Positions 1 to 11,589 of a stretch of DNA of 64,000 nt are shown here, piece after piece (the stretch's first letter is position 1; each line of letters opens with the position of its first letter). The position numbers and the translations under genes are program-made. The DNA comes from Escherichia coli (lineage in GTDB: Bacteria > Pseudomonadota > Gammaproteobacteria > Enterobacterales > Enterobacteriaceae): the NCBI RefSeq assembly GCF_003334815.1, contig NZ_QOWO01000012.1; one strand, given 5' to 3'. The notes below the pieces were generated by a model. The model saw only the letters and a program-made list of their open reading frames with translations. It made no database searches and was not told where the DNA came from.

Positions 1-62
1 TTTTTCGTCTTGCGACGTTAAGAATCCGTATCTTCGAGTGCCCACACAGATTGTCTGATAAA

Positions 63-75
63 TTGTTAAAGAGCA
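63..75 (-). promoter_or_regulatory. boxA antitermination element of rRNA operon leader
   Basis: Minus-strand sequence TGCTCTTTAACAA matches the rrn leader boxA consensus; lies downstream of the P1/P2 promoters on the minus strand. Confidence 0.7.
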
Positions 76-112
76 GTGCCGCTTCGCTTTTTCTCAGCGG
101 CGCGGGGTGTGC

Positions 113-140
113 ATAATACGCTTTCCCGCTACAGAGTCAA
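113..140 (-). promoter_or_regulatory. rrnB P2 promoter
   Basis: Minus strand reads TTGACT, 16-nt spacer, TATTAT; matches recalled rrnB P2 sequence. Confidence 0.7.
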
Positions 141-231
141 GCATTTATTTTTGCTTTCTCTGCCGGAGTTCTCAGGAGAACCCCGCTGACCCGGCGGCGT
201 GTTTGCCGTTGTTCCGTGTCAGTGGTGGCGC

Positions 232-285
232 ATTATAGGGAGTTATTCCGGCCTGACAAGAGGAAATTTAAAATAATTTTCTGAC
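232..285 (-). promoter_or_regulatory. rrnB P1 promoter with A/T-rich UP element
   Basis: Minus strand reads TTGTCA, 16-nt spacer, TATAAT, then GCGC discriminator; an A/T-rich UP element (260..285) lies immediately upstream; matches recalled rrnB P1. Confidence 0.8.
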
Positions 286-304
286 CGCGCAACATTCAAC
301 CAAA

Positions 305-1162
305 TCAGCCTAAAACTGCCAGTTTTTCGAGCGTTTCGAAGCCGTAACGCTGTAAAACGGGCAATAATTGTTCAGCTCCTGGCGTCATTGCCATACAAAA
401 GGCAATATTCGCATCGGCAGATTTTGCATCCGGGGCTTCATGTTCTAACAACCAGGCCGTTCGGCGAGCAATCGCTGCGCCAGAATCCACCAGCCGGGTT
501 CCCTCTGGCAGCACTTGTAACAGTTCTTCTTGTAGTAGAGGGAAATGGGTGCAACCCAATACAACGGTATCTGGCGGCTCTTTCATTCTTAACCACGGGC
601 GTAGGATACGTTTTAGTGCATCCAGAGAAACATCTTCGCCATGTAGCTTCGCTTCAGCCAACTCAACCATCTCTGCCGAGCCCAGCATTTCTATCTGGCA
701 TTCATTAGCGAAACGCGCGATCAGCTCATGAGTATAAGAACGTTTAACTGTTCCGCGGGTTGCCAGTAATCCGACAATGCCATTTGCCGTCAGACGTGCA
801 GCAGGTTTAATCGCCGGCACGACACCAACAACCGGGAAGTCGAACTTTTCGCGTAATGCAGGAAGTGAAACGGTACTGGCAGTGTTGCAAGCGACCACAG
901 CCAGCGCAAGGGGATAACGTTCTTGCACCGCGGTGACAATTGCCACCACTCGCTCAACAATAAACGCTTCGCTTTTTTCGCCATACGGGAAAGCGACGTT
1001 ATCGAAAGCATAAATGTAATGGAGATCCGGTAAGAGATGCCGGATCTCGTCATAGACCGACAACCCACCGACGCCGGAGTCAAACACCAGCACGGTGGGA
1101 CGTGGTTCAGAAGGTGTAGCTGCCAGACAAGGTGTATTCCCGTCCTGCAGTTTGGTAGCCAT
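305..1162 (-). CDS. murI: Glutamate racemase
   Basis: ORF 305..1174; translation is glutamate racemase (VFDSGVGG and GCTHFP motifs); start trimmed to the MATKLQ methionine; 5' end lies inside the btuB 3' end. Confidence 0.95.
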   Translation of the reverse strand: MATKLQDGNTPCLAATPSEPRPTVLVFDSGVGGLSVYDEIRHLLPDLHYIYAFDNVAFPYGEKSEAFIVERVVAIVTAVQERYPLALAVVACNTASTVSLPALREKFDFPVVGVVPAIKPAARLTANGIVGLLATRGTVKRSYTHELIARFANECQIEMLGSAEMVELAEAKLHGEDVSLDALKRILRPWLRMKEPPDTVVLGCTHFPLLQEELLQVLPEGTRLVDSGAAIARRTAWLLEHEAPDAKSADANIAFCMAMTPGAEQLLPVLQRYGFETLEKLAVLG

Positions 1163-2951
1163 AGACTGTCTCATAATCTTTGTCGAACAGGTTGGCTATT
1201 TTACCACGAACTGTCAGGTGAGAGGTGACCGGATACGCAACCGCAAGATCCCACAAGCTCACACCGCCCATTTTAACGGTTTGATAAGGATAAGATGAGT
1301 AATCCTTATCATAGCGAGTGCCTAAATACTGATAAGTAATACCCCAGTCGAAGTCATACAACTGCCAGTCGAGCTGGTATTTCACCTGCTGTTTAGCACG
1401 GCGTAACAACGGCGTGTCGGTAATCGCATTGCGCGCATCGACATAATCATAACTCACAGTATGCGTCAGTGGTCCGGTATCAAAATTGGCGGTCGCCTCG
1501 ACGCCCTTAATCCGCGCTTTCCCTTCGTTGTAATATTTCAGGGTGTGATCATCATAATCGATCAAGTCACTGACATCGTTACGATATCCGGAAATACGCC
1601 AGTTCACCCCAGCGGTTAAGCCTTCAAACGCGCCTTCCCACTGTTTGCTTTTCTCCGGGTCCAGATTCGGATTTCCGTAGAAGCCATACAGTTGCCCCAG
1701 ATTTGGTGCCTTATAAGATGTCCCGTAGGAAGCAATGAAGCGATAACCTTCGATGAATTCCCAACCGGCGCTGGTTTGCCAGGTTCCATGACGACCAAAC
1801 TGTGAGTTATCGTCACTGCGTGCTGCGCCTTCAAAGGTAAAATCGCCGACTTGTTGCAGCCCGGTCAGATAGATGCCGGTATTACGTTGATCATATCCAT
1901 CCTCAACATAACCTGTACCCGGCGTCGTAGTCTGTTTCTGCCAGTCGACACCCGCACCAATACTACCGTGACCAACGATGACATTGTTTGCCCACTGGAC
2001 GGTGTATTGCTTCATCTCATCGAGCGTCGCCGACGAATCATAACGACCATAATGGGGATCGTAGTTGTAATCTTTGCTATGGCTATAGCTGGTAATGAGT
2101 TGTGATTTAATCAGTTCGCCGTTATAGCGCAGCCCGGCGTCCCAACTTTGGCTATAGAGTTTACGGGTATCGAGCAACGGTGAACCGGGAGAATAATACG
2201 CGTCATAATTGGTACGGTTATCATAGCCATAGCCGCGCACAAAGCCGCTCCAGGCATCAGTAAAGTTATGCTCCAGCGCGCCATAAAGCGTTTTACTTAA
2301 AAAACCATCGTTATCTGTCTGCGCTTGCGTTCCGGTATTACCATAGGCAACAACATCATAACCATGAGTATGGGCATAATCGCCCAACAGCGTTACCCGT
2401 GTCTTATCCCCCAGTTGTTGCTGCGTAGAGACATCATAGTTCTGATAACTATTGCTTCCCCACCCTGCTGAAATTTCCGTTCCGGGTTCATCGCGCGTCG
2501 TGATGATATTCACCACCCCGCCTATTGCATCGGAACCATAAACAGCGGAGCGCGGCCCACGGATATATTCAACACGCTGGACAAGCGCAATAGGGAACTG
2601 GCTAAGGTCGGCAGAACCACTCACCCCCGCCAGATTCAGGCGTACGCCATCAATTAACACCAACACATGACTGGCATTTGTACCGCGAATAAAAATAGAT
2701 GAGAGCTGACCTGAACCGCCGTTTTGGGTGATATCGACGCCCGGAAGACGGCGCAGCACATCATTGACCGAGGTCGACTGCCAGCGGTCGATATCCTGAC
2801 GGGTCACAACGGTGGTTGGTGCAAGCACAGTGCTGCGCGGCTGTTCAAAACGGTTAGCAGTAACGACGAGAGTATCCGGGCTGGTATCCTGTGCCCAAGC
2901 GGAAAATGCCGTGACGGAACACGCCGTCAGCAGCGAAGCTTTTTTAATCAT
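1107..2951 (-). CDS. btuB: TonB-dependent vitamin B12 outer-membrane receptor
   Basis: ORF 1107..2996; signal peptide [20 protein letters not shown], TonB box DTLVVTA, C-terminal aromatic residue; start trimmed to MIKK. Confidence 0.95.
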   Translation of the reverse strand: MIKKASLLTACSVTAFSAWAQDTSPDTLVVTANRFEQPRSTVLAPTTVVTRQDIDRWQSTSVNDVLRRLPGVDITQNGGSGQLSSIFIRGTNASHVLVLIDGVRLNLAGVSGSADLSQFPIALVQRVEYIRGPRSAVYGSDAIGGVVNIITTRDEPGTEISAGWGSNSYQNYDVSTQQQLGDKTRVTLLGDYAHTHGYDVVAYGNTGTQAQTDNDGFLSKTLYGALEHNFTDAWSGFVRGYGYDNRTNYDAYYSPGSPLLDTRKLYSQSWDAGLRYNGELIKSQLITSYSHSKDYNYDPHYGRYDSSATLDEMKQYTVQWANNVIVGHGSIGAGVDWQKQTTTPGTGYVEDGYDQRNTGIYLTGLQQVGDFTFEGAARSDDNSQFGRHGTWQTSAGWEFIEGYRFIASYGTSYKAPNLGQLYGFYGNPNLDPEKSKQWEGAFEGLTAGVNWRISGYRNDVSDLIDYDDHTLKYYNEGKARIKGVEATANFDTGPLTHTVSYDYVDARNAITDTPLLRRAKQQVKYQLDWQLYDFDWGITYQYLGTRYDKDYSSYPYQTVKMGGVSLWDLAVAYPVTSHLTVRGKIANLFDKDYETVYGYQTAGREYTLSGSYTF

Positions 2952-3191
2952 TGTAAAGCATCCACAATAGAAGAAGGATGCCGCAGGTTTCATCAATATT
3001 ACGCGATGATGAGAACCAGATGCGACGTTGGCCGGCAGGTCTTCGGGCTTGGAGGGGTATCTAAGATACTAAGAGATGATGACTTCCCACCGAATGGCAG
3101 TGTCCGCATAACGCAATCATCGCACCTTTCCTTACCGCTGCGCGTCAGCTCCAGATTCGCACTGGATTCCCTATTAACTCACAGGACCGGC
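2952..3191 (-). ncRNA. Adenosylcobalamin riboswitch (btuB 5' leader)
   Basis: About 240-nt leader upstream of btuB on the minus strand matching the recalled btuB leader (GCCGGTCCTGTGAGTTAATAGGGAATCCAGTGCGAATCTGGAGCTGACGCG...); element continues into the first btuB codons. Confidence 0.85.
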
Positions 3192-3319
3192 AAGTGGATG
3201 CTACAGGTTGTAACAAGTTACTGTCCAGACGTAGCTCACAAATAGGAATTCATCAAGATCTGGACATCTGATGAGCAATCCCTACAATCGCCGCGTACTT
3301 TAATTTTTCAGGATACATC

Positions 3320-4420
3320 ATGACCCCCGAACACCTTCCAACAGAACAGTATGAAGCGCAGTTAGCCGAAAAAGTGGTACGTTTGCAAAGTATGATGGCA
3401 CCGTTTTCTGACCTGGTTCCGGAAGTGTTTCGCTCGCCGGTCAGTCATTACCGGATGCGCGCGGAGTTCCGCATCTGGCACGATGGCGATGACCTGTATC
3501 ACATCATTTTCGATCAACAAACCAAAAGCCGCATCCGCGTGGATAGCTTCCCCGCCGCCAGTGAACTTATCAACCAGTTGATGACGGCGATGATTGCGGG
3601 TGTGCGTAATAATCCCGTTCTGCGCCACAAGTTGTTCCAGATTGATTACCTCACTACGCTGAGTAATCAGGCGGTGGTTTCCCTGCTATACCATAAGAAG
3701 CTGGATGATGAGTGGCGTCAGGAAGCGGAGGCCCTGCGCGATGCACTGCGCGCGCAGAATCTGAATGTGCATCTGATTGGTCGGGCAACGAAAACCAAAA
3801 TCGAGCTGGATCAGGATTACATCGATGAACGTCTGCCGGTCGCAGGGAAAGAGATGATCTACCGTCAGGTAGAAAACAGCTTTACCCAGCCGAACGCGGC
3901 GATGAATATTCAGATGCTGGAATGGGCGCTGGACGTAACCAAAGGCTCAAAAGGCGATTTACTGGAGCTGTACTGCGGCAACGGTAACTTTTCATTAGCG
4001 CTGGCGCGTAATTTTGATCGGGTATTAGCCACCGAAATCGCTAAGCCGTCGGTTGCTGCTGCGCAATACAACATCGCAGCTAACCATATTGATAACGTAC
4101 AAATTATTCGTATGGCGGCAGAAGAATTTACTCAGGCGATGAATGGTGTGCGCGAGTTTAACCGCCTGCAAGGGATCGACTTAAAGAGTTATCAGTGCGA
4201 AACCATTTTTGTCGACCCACCGCGCAGCGGTCTGGACAGTGAAACCGAGAAAATGGTGCAGGCGTATCCGCGTATTTTGTACATCTCCTGTAACCCGGAA
4301 ACGTTATGCAAGAATCTGGAAACATTAAGCCAGACGCACAAGGTCGAACGTCTGGCTCTGTTTGATCAGTTCCCCTACACGCACCATATGGAGTGCGGCG
4401 TATTACTGACCGCGAAGTAA
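3320..4420 (+). CDS. trmA: tRNA (uracil54-C5)-methyltransferase
   Basis: 366-aa ORF; SAM-dependent methyltransferase motifs ([20 protein letters not shown]); divergent from btuB. Confidence 0.95.
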
Positions 4421-4459
4421 AACCCATGCCGGATGCGCCAGCATCCGGCATAATACCGA

Positions 4460-4819
4460 TTACTCAGCAACTTCCTGCTTACGGTTACGCATCTTCGCGC
4501 CAATCCAGAACACCATAATGACGGAGAGTACTGCCGGGAAGAAGTTAGAGCCGATATCCGGATATTCCGCACGAACTACCGTGCTGTACAGCAGTACGCC
4601 GAGAATAAAACAGGCAGCTGCCAGACCCGGCAAGCCTACCGGCATAGTGCGATTAAGATAACGTTGATGCAGGCAGTAAACCGTCAGCACCAGGGAAATA
4701 ATCGGGAATACAGAAAATGGCACAATGGAGCTAAACAGCGCTGCGAAAGTACCATTAATCGATAAGCCAGCAACTAACGCCAGCAGCAGCGTACCTCTAT
4801 CTTGATTTGCTTGTTTCAT
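4460..4819 (-). CDS. yijD: Small inner-membrane protein YijD (DUF1422)
   Basis: 119-aa hydrophobic ORF; start codon overlaps fabR stop (TAATG). Confidence 0.85.
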
Positions 4820-5523
4820 TACTCGTCCTTCACATTTCCCGGAATAATTGCGGTTTTCTCTTGTTCACGGCGATACCAGTAATAAGCCCCTTTCGAAATC
4901 ATTCGCAGTTGCAGTACCAGTCGCTCTTCTAATTGCCGACGTTGTTCGACGCCGACGTCCAACGCCTCGGCACCCGCACTGAAGACAATTGTCACCATTG
5001 CTTCGGCTTGCGCTTCAGTAAACGCACGCGGCATATGGTTTTCGAGTTCCAGATAGTCCGCAAGTTCCGCAATGAAGTGCTGAATTTCACGCGCAACGGC
5101 GGCACGAAACGCAGCGGAGGTGCCGGAGCGTTCCCGCAATAATAACCGGAAGGCGTTAGGATTATTACCGATGAACTCCATAAATGTGGAGACCGAGGTG
5201 CGGATCACACTCCCGCCTTTGGCGATACGCTGACGCGCCTGGCGCATGAGTTGGCGTAGCATTAAACCGCTCTCATCAACCATGGTCAGACCCAGTTCGT
5301 CTACGTCGCGGAAATGCCGATAAAAAGAGGTGGGAGCAATGCCCGCTTCACGCGCCACTTCACGCAAACTCAGGCTGGCGAAGCTGCGTTCAGCACTTAA
5401 TTGGCTAAATGCGGCTTCCACCAGCGAACGGCGGGTTTTTTCTTTTTGTTGCGCTCTTACGCCCATCACGATGTCTGAATCCTTGCCAAAAGTACTGCTG
5501 GCACTATACCAGAGAATGAACAT
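4819..5523 (-). CDS. fabR: TetR-family repressor of unsaturated fatty-acid synthesis
   Basis: ORF 4819..5562; TetR-type helix-turn-helix near the N-terminus; start chosen at MFILWYS (an upstream in-frame ATG at 5562 is also possible). Confidence 0.88.
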
Positions 5524-5799
5524 ACTGGATTGCTCCAGTATTGTGAATGAACGGTAACGCAATAAAACATATTTACTGCAATTCTTTGGCCGGTTCTTTT
5601 ACGTACAGCGGAAACCTGCCGCTTAAACGGAGAGTATCGTCGATAAAAATCCAATAAAACGTCAGGGCAAAAGTAAGAAACAGACAAAGCAAAGGCCGCT
5701 CAGGATATAGCCAGATAAATGACGGGGATCAATTGGCTTACCCGCGATAAAATGTTACCATTCTGTTGCTTTTATGTATAAGAACAGGTAAGCCCTACC

Positions 5800-7200
5800 A
5801 TGCCACATTCCTACGATTACGATGCCATAGTAATAGGTTCCGGCCCCGGCGGCGAAGGCGCTGCAATGGGCCTGGTTAAGCAAGGTGCGCGCGTCGCAGT
5901 TATCGAGCGTTATCAAAATGTTGGCGGCGGTTGCACCCACTGGGGCACCATCCCGTCGAAAGCTCTCCGTCACGCCGTCAGCCGCATTATAGAATTCAAT
6001 CAAAACCCACTTTACAGCGACCATTCCCGACTGCTCCGCTCTTCTTTTGCCGATATCCTTAACCATGCCGATAACGTGATTAATCAACAAACGCGCATGC
6101 GTCAGGGATTTTACGAACGTAATCACTGTGAAATATTGCAGGGAAACGCTCGCTTTGTTGACGAGCATACGTTGGCGCTGGATTGCCCGGACGGCAGCGT
6201 TGAAACACTAACCGCTGAAAAATTTGTTATTGCCTGCGGCTCTCGTCCATATCATCCAACAGATGTTGATTTCACCCATCCACGCATTTACGACAGCGAC
6301 TCAATTCTCAGCATGCACCACGAACCGCGCCATGTACTTATCTATGGTGCTGGAGTGATCGGCTGTGAATATGCGTCGATCTTCCGCGGTATGGATGTAA
6401 AAGTGGATCTGATCAACACCCGCGATCGCCTGCTGGCATTTCTCGATCAAGAGATGTCAGATTCTCTCTCCTATCACTTCTGGAACAGTGGCGTAGTGAT
6501 TCGTCACAACGAAGAGTACGAGAAGATCGAAGGCTGTGACGATGGTGTGATCATGCATCTGAAGTCGGGTAAAAAACTGAAAGCTGACTGCCTGCTCTAT
6601 GCCAACGGTCGCACCGGTAATACCGATTCGCTGGCGTTACAGAACATTGGGCTAGAAACTGACAGCCGCGGACAGCTGAAGGTCAACAGCATGTATCAGA
6701 CCGCACAGCCACACGTTTACGCGGTGGGCGACGTGATTGGTTATCCGAGCCTGGCGTCGGCGGCCTATGACCAGGGGCGCATTGCCGCGCAGGCGCTGGT
6801 AAAAGGCGAAGCCACCGCACATCTGATTGAAGATATCCCTACCGGTATTTACACCATCCCGGAAATCAGCTCTGTGGGCAAAACCGAACAGCAGCTGACC
6901 GCAATGAAAGTGCCATATGAAGTGGGCCGCGCCCAGTTTAAACATCTGGCACGCGCACAAATCGTCGGCATGAACGTGGGCACGCTGAAAATTTTGTTCC
7001 ATCGGGAAACAAAAGAGATTCTGGGTATTCACTGCTTTGGCGAGCGCGCTGCCGAAATTATTCATATCGGTCAGGCGATTATGGAACAGAAAGGTGGCGG
7101 CAACACTATTGAGTACTTCGTCAACACCACCTTTAACTACCCGACGATGGCGGAAGCCTATCGGGTAGCTGCGTTAAACGGTTTAAACCGCCTGTTTTAA
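5800..7200 (+). CDS. sthA: Soluble pyridine nucleotide transhydrogenase
   Basis: 466-aa ORF; FAD-binding GSGPGG motif and flavoprotein disulfide reductase family architecture. Confidence 0.95.
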
Positions 7201-8100
7201 AACTTTATCGAAATGGCCATCCATTCTTGCGCGGATGGCCTCTGCCAGCTGCTCATAGCGGCTGCGCAGCGGTGAGCCAGGACGATAAACCAGGCCAATA
7301 GTGCGGCGTGGTTCCGGCTTAATGCACGGCAGATAAACAACCCCATCGCGTTTGCGCTCCGGCGGCACAGCCAGCGCTGGCAGTAAAGTGATCCCGCTAC
7401 CTGCCGCCACCATGTTGCGCAGAGTTTCCAGGCTGGTCGCGCGGAAGTGTGTATCTTCATCCGCCCCGGCTTCAAAACAGAAACCCATTGCCTGATCGCG
7501 CAAACAGTGACCATCTTCCAGCATCAGCAGTTTTTCCCCTGCCAGATCGGCCATCGGTACGCATTCGCGGTTCGCCCACGGGTGATCTTCATAGATAGCC
7601 AGCAACATTGGCTCATCAAACAACGGCACTTCAATGAATGCTTCGCTCTCTTTCACCAGCGCGAGGATCACGCAATCGAGTTTGCCGCTGTCCAGTTGCG
7701 CCAGTAACTGGTGGGTCTGTGCTTCATGCAGATACATTTCCAGCTTTGGAAAGGTCTGGTGCAGCATAGGGATAATATGCGGTAGCAGGTACGGTCCAAC
7801 TGTGGGAATCAAACCAATGTGCAGCGGTCCGGACATCGTCTCGCCCTGCTGGCTTGCCATCTCTTTAAGGACTTTCACCTCACGCAGCACGGTACGCGCC
7901 TGATCCACCAGCAGCATTCCCGCCTGGGTGAACAACACTTTACGGCTGGTCCGCTCCAGCAACATCACGCCCAGCTCATCTTCCAGCTTACGAATTTGCC
8001 CGCTAAGCGTCGGCTGGCTAACGTGGCAGGAATCTGCCGCACGCCGAAAATGGCGGTGTTCAGCCAATGCCACCAGGTACTCAAGATCACGAATATTCAT
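7183..8100 (-). CDS. oxyR: LysR-family hydrogen peroxide-sensing regulator
   Basis: ORF 7183..8130; start trimmed to [18 protein letters not shown]; contains redox cysteines in the [12 protein letters not shown] region; 3' end overlaps sthA convergently. Confidence 0.95.
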   Translation of the reverse strand: MNIRDLEYLVALAEHRHFRRAADSCHVSQPTLSGQIRKLEDELGVMLLERTSRKVLFTQAGMLLVDQARTVLREVKVLKEMASQQGETMSGPLHIGLIPTVGPYLLPHIIPMLHQTFPKLEMYLHEAQTHQLLAQLDSGKLDCVILALVKESEAFIEVPLFDEPMLLAIYEDHPWANRECVPMADLAGEKLLMLEDGHCLRDQAMGFCFEAGADEDTHFRATSLETLRNMVAAGSGITLLPALAVPPERKRDGVVYLPCIKPEPRRTIGLVYRPGSPLRSRYEQLAEAIRARMDGHFDKVLKQAV

Positions 8101-8119
8101 TATCCATCCTCCATCGCCA

Positions 8120-8170
8120 CGATAGTTCATGGCGATAGGTAGAATAGCAATGAACGATTATCCCTATCAA
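8120..8170. promoter_or_regulatory. OxyR binding region (oxyR/oxyS divergent promoters)
   Basis: Repeated ATAG elements (8122, 8135, 8144) and CTAT (8165), spaced as in OxyR operators, between oxyR start and oxyS. Confidence 0.6.
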
Positions 8171-8195
8171 GCATTCTGACTGATAATTGCTCACA

Positions 8196-8304
8196 GAAAC
8201 GGAGCGGCACCTCTTTTAACCCTTGAAGTCACTGCCCGTTTCGAGAGTTTCTCAACTCGAATAACTAAAGCCAACGTGAACTTTTGCGGATCTCCAGGAT
8301 CCGC
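8196..8304 (+). ncRNA. oxyS: OxyS small regulatory RNA
   Basis: Sequence GAAACGGAGCGGCACCTCTTTTAACCCTTGAAGTCACTGCCCGTTTCGAGAGTTTCTCAACTCGAATAACTAAAGCCAACGTGAACTTTTGCGGATCTCCAGGATCCGC matches recalled OxyS; divergent from oxyR; ends in a hairpin plus T8. Confidence 0.9.
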
Positions 8305-8312
8305 TTTTTTTT
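8286..8312 (+). terminator. Intrinsic terminator of oxyS
   Basis: Stem GCGGATC/GATCCGC followed by TTTTTTTT. Confidence 0.8.
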
Positions 8313-8315
8313 GCC

Positions 8316-8343
8316 ATAAAAAAGCCCGGCGATAAGCCAGGCT
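8316..8343 (-). terminator. Intrinsic terminator of argH (argCBH operon)
   Basis: Minus strand reads GCCTGGCTTATCGCCGGGC then TTTTTTAT, 24 nt past the argH stop. Confidence 0.7.
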
Positions 8344-8366
8344 CAAATTTATACATATAAATGTTC

Positions 8367-9740
8367 TTACCCTAACCGAGCCTGCGCAAAAGCAATCGCC
8401 TGCGCCACCTGCTGCGGTGAGACGCCGCCTTTTGCCGCACGCTTGTCGAGGCACGATTGCAGCGACAGAATCGGATAGACATCTTCGTCAATCACCTGAC
8501 TGAATTTCTGCAACTCACTGAGCGGCAGATCTTCCAGCGGTTTGCCCTGACGAATGGCTTCCACCACCGCTTCACCAACAATATGGTGCGCCTCGCGGAA
8601 CGGTACGCCTTTCGCCACCAGATAATCCGCCAGTTCGGTGGCGTTGGCGTAACCCTGCTGAGCCGCTTCCTGGCAACGTGGACGTTTCACCTGAATGCCG
8701 TCCAGCACCAGCGCCGCCATATGCAGGCAGTCCAGCCAGGTATCGAGCGCGTCGAACAGACCTTCTTTGTCTTCCTGCATATCTTTGTTGTAAGCCAGCG
8801 GCAAACCTTTCAGCGTCATCATCATGCCGGTTAACGCCCCCTGCACCCGGCCGCATTTACCGCGAATCAGCTCCAGCGCATCCGGGTTTTTCTTCTGCGG
8901 CATTAATGATGAACCGGAAGTCACGCGGTCAGAAAGCTCCACAAACCCCGCTTCGCCGGTGTTAAAGAAAATCAGATCTTCAGCAAAACGCGACAGATGC
9001 ACCATGCCGATAGCGGCAGCAGAAAGCAGTTCCAACACATGGTCACGGTCAGAAACGCTGTCGAGACTGTTACGGGTCGCCGAAGCAAAGCCCAGCCAGC
9101 CTGCTAACTGTTCACGGTCGATTTCATAGGCCGTTCCCGCCAGCGCGCCACAGCCTAGCGGGCTGACATCCAGACGCTTAAGCGCATCCTGCAAACGGCT
9201 TTCATCACGCGCCAGCATCTCAACATAGGCCAGGCACCAGTGCGCGAACGTCACCGGCTGGGCGCGTTGCAGGTGAGTGTAACCTGGCATTACCGCGTCC
9301 TGATTGTTTTGTGCGGTTTCCACCAGCGCCGATTGCAGCTGCCGGTTAGCCGTCAGTAACTCGCTAACGGTATCTTTGCACCACAGTTTCAGGTCAGTCG
9401 CTACCTGATCATTACGGCTACGCCCGGTATGCAGCTTTTTGCCTAACTGGCCCACTTTGTCGATCAGTTTGCCTTCCACCCAGCTATGGATATCTTCGGC
9501 GTCGCTTTCAAGGATTTGTTGTGGCCTGGCGCGAACATCTTCCAGCAACACGTTCAGCGCCTCTTCCAGTTGCGCCTGCTCTTCTGCGGTTAACACGCCT
9601 ACCGTGACCAGGGCTTTGGACCAGGCCACAGAGCCAACAATATCCTGCTCCGCCAGACGGTAATCAAAGCGCAGTGAGTCGTTGAATTGTTTGAACCGTT
9701 GATCTGCTGCCTGGGTAAAACGCCCGCCCCAAAGTGCCAT
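8367..9740 (-). CDS. argH: Argininosuccinate lyase
   Basis: 457-aa ORF; fumarate-lyase signature [12 protein letters not shown]. Confidence 0.97.
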
Positions 9741-9800
9741 AACTCTGTTTCCTTATTTTGAAATTCAATGCCGGAAAGCTGCGCCTCCGGCCAACAAAAC

Positions 9801-10577
9801 TTAAGCTAAAATCCGCGTACCCATCGGCATACCGTTAAACAGTGCCGGAAGCTGCTCCGCATGACGCCAGGAGGCGATATCTACCGGACGGCCCAGCGTG
9901 CGGGCCGCATCCAGCGCCGCGTTCACTTTCACTATCATGCCGTCAGTAATAATGCCCTGCTCAATCAGTTGTTCTGCTTTCGCGGCGGTCATTTCGGCAA
10001 TGCGTTGCCCTTTGCCGTCGAGAATGCCGCTGACGTCGGAGAGCAAAATCAGATCCGCGCCCAGCGTTGCCGCCAGCGCCGTTGCCGCCTGGTCGGCATT
10101 GACGTTCATCAGTTGCCCTTCGTCTGTTACGCCAATGGAGCTGACCACCGGCAGATAACCGTTCTCCAGCAAGGAGTTGATAAGCTTAGGCGAACCTGGC
10201 TGCGCCAGTCCAACATGACCTAACTCTTCATCAAGCTGGGTCACTTTGACGCTGTCGCCGTCACCGAGAAACAAACCTACGGCCGCAATCTGATGTTTCT
10301 TCGCCCATGCCAACAGGGTTTTATTTGCCGTTCCCGCCAGTGCTCCGGTGATAATGTCTATCTGATCAGCAGGCGTCACCCGCAGGCCGTTTTTCTTTTT
10401 CACCGGCAGATTCAGCCCTTTCATCAGCTCATCCACCACGCAACCGCCGCCGTGCACAATCACCAGCGGACGCTGATGTGACTCACGATAATTCACCAGT
10501 GCGCTAAACAGACGTTCCAGCGCCTCTTCACTATCCAGCAGTACGCCGCCCAGTTTGATAATTAATGGATTCATCAT
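9801..10577 (-). CDS. argB: Acetylglutamate kinase
   Basis: ORF 9801..10610; start trimmed to [11 protein letters not shown]; amino-acid kinase fold. Confidence 0.95.
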
Positions 10578-10584
10578 TGCACCC

Positions 10585-11589
10585 TTAAATAAGAGACTGC
10601 GTTTCCGCATAGCCGAAACGAATATTGGCGCACTGTACCGCTTGTGCCGCCGCGCCTTTCAGTAAGTTGTCTTCGGTCGCCACAATAATCAGATGCTCGC
10701 CCTGAACGGCAAACCCGATATCGCAAAATGGCAGCCCAACGACATTTTTCAGCGCCGGAACGCCTTTGTCATACAGCCGCACCAGCGGTTTATGGGCATA
10801 CGCCTGCTGTAACACTTGCGCGACTTGCGCCTGGGTCACACCCGATTTCAGGCGGCAGGTAATGGTTTCGAGAATGCCGCGCGGGAAATTGCCCAGATGT
10901 GGGGTGAAGATAACGTCAGCACCGAGGTGTGTGGCGATCTCTGGTTGATGGCGATGAGTAAAGACGCCATACGGTTGCAGGCTAACTTCACAAAAGCTGT
11001 TTGAAATGGCCGCTTTACGCCCTGCACCGCTCACGCCGCTGGTGGCGTTGATCACCGGCCACTGATTGAGGTCAAGAAGATCGGCATCAATCAACGGTTT
11101 CAGCGCCAGCTGTGCCGCCGTCGGATAACAGCCCGGCACCGCAATCAAATTCGCTTCTTTTAATTTATTACCGCACCACTCCGCCAGACCGTAGGCTGCC
11201 TGTTCCAACAGTTCCGGGTATTGATGGGTAAAGCCGTAATATTTTTCATAGAAGGTGGCGTCGTTAACACGAAACGCGCCGGAAAGGTCGAACACCACGC
11301 AGCCCGCTTCAAGAAACTGCGGCGCTAAATCGTGGCTAACTTCATGGGCGGTGGCGAGAAACACTACGTCCACCCCTGGGCTAAACTCGCTGATATCCGA
11401 CATCGGCTGCAACGGCAGATCAACGATGCCTTTTAGCTGCGGATGCAAATCGGAGATTAACTTTCCCGCATCATTGCTTTGCGCTGAAACAGTCAAAGCG
11501 GTTATGTTCATATGCGGATGGCGATTTACATAGGTCACTAGCTCTGCGCCAGCGTAGCCGCTGGCACCCACAATCAGCGTATTCAACAT
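10585..11589 (-). CDS. argC: N-acetyl-gamma-glutamyl-phosphate reductase
   Basis: 334-aa ORF; NAD(P)-binding N-terminus VGASGYAG and catalytic-cysteine region. Confidence 0.97.

Noticed and set aside
7183-8130. Longer N-terminal extensions offered by the ORF track for oxyR, argB, argE, katG, metB, metJ, priA, glpK, glpX, cdh, pfkA, frwD, pflC and others
   Set aside because: In each case an internal Met matches the canonical N-terminus of the protein family and the extension reads as non-conserved leader sequence, so the shorter start was used; residual uncertainty is reflected in the confidences.
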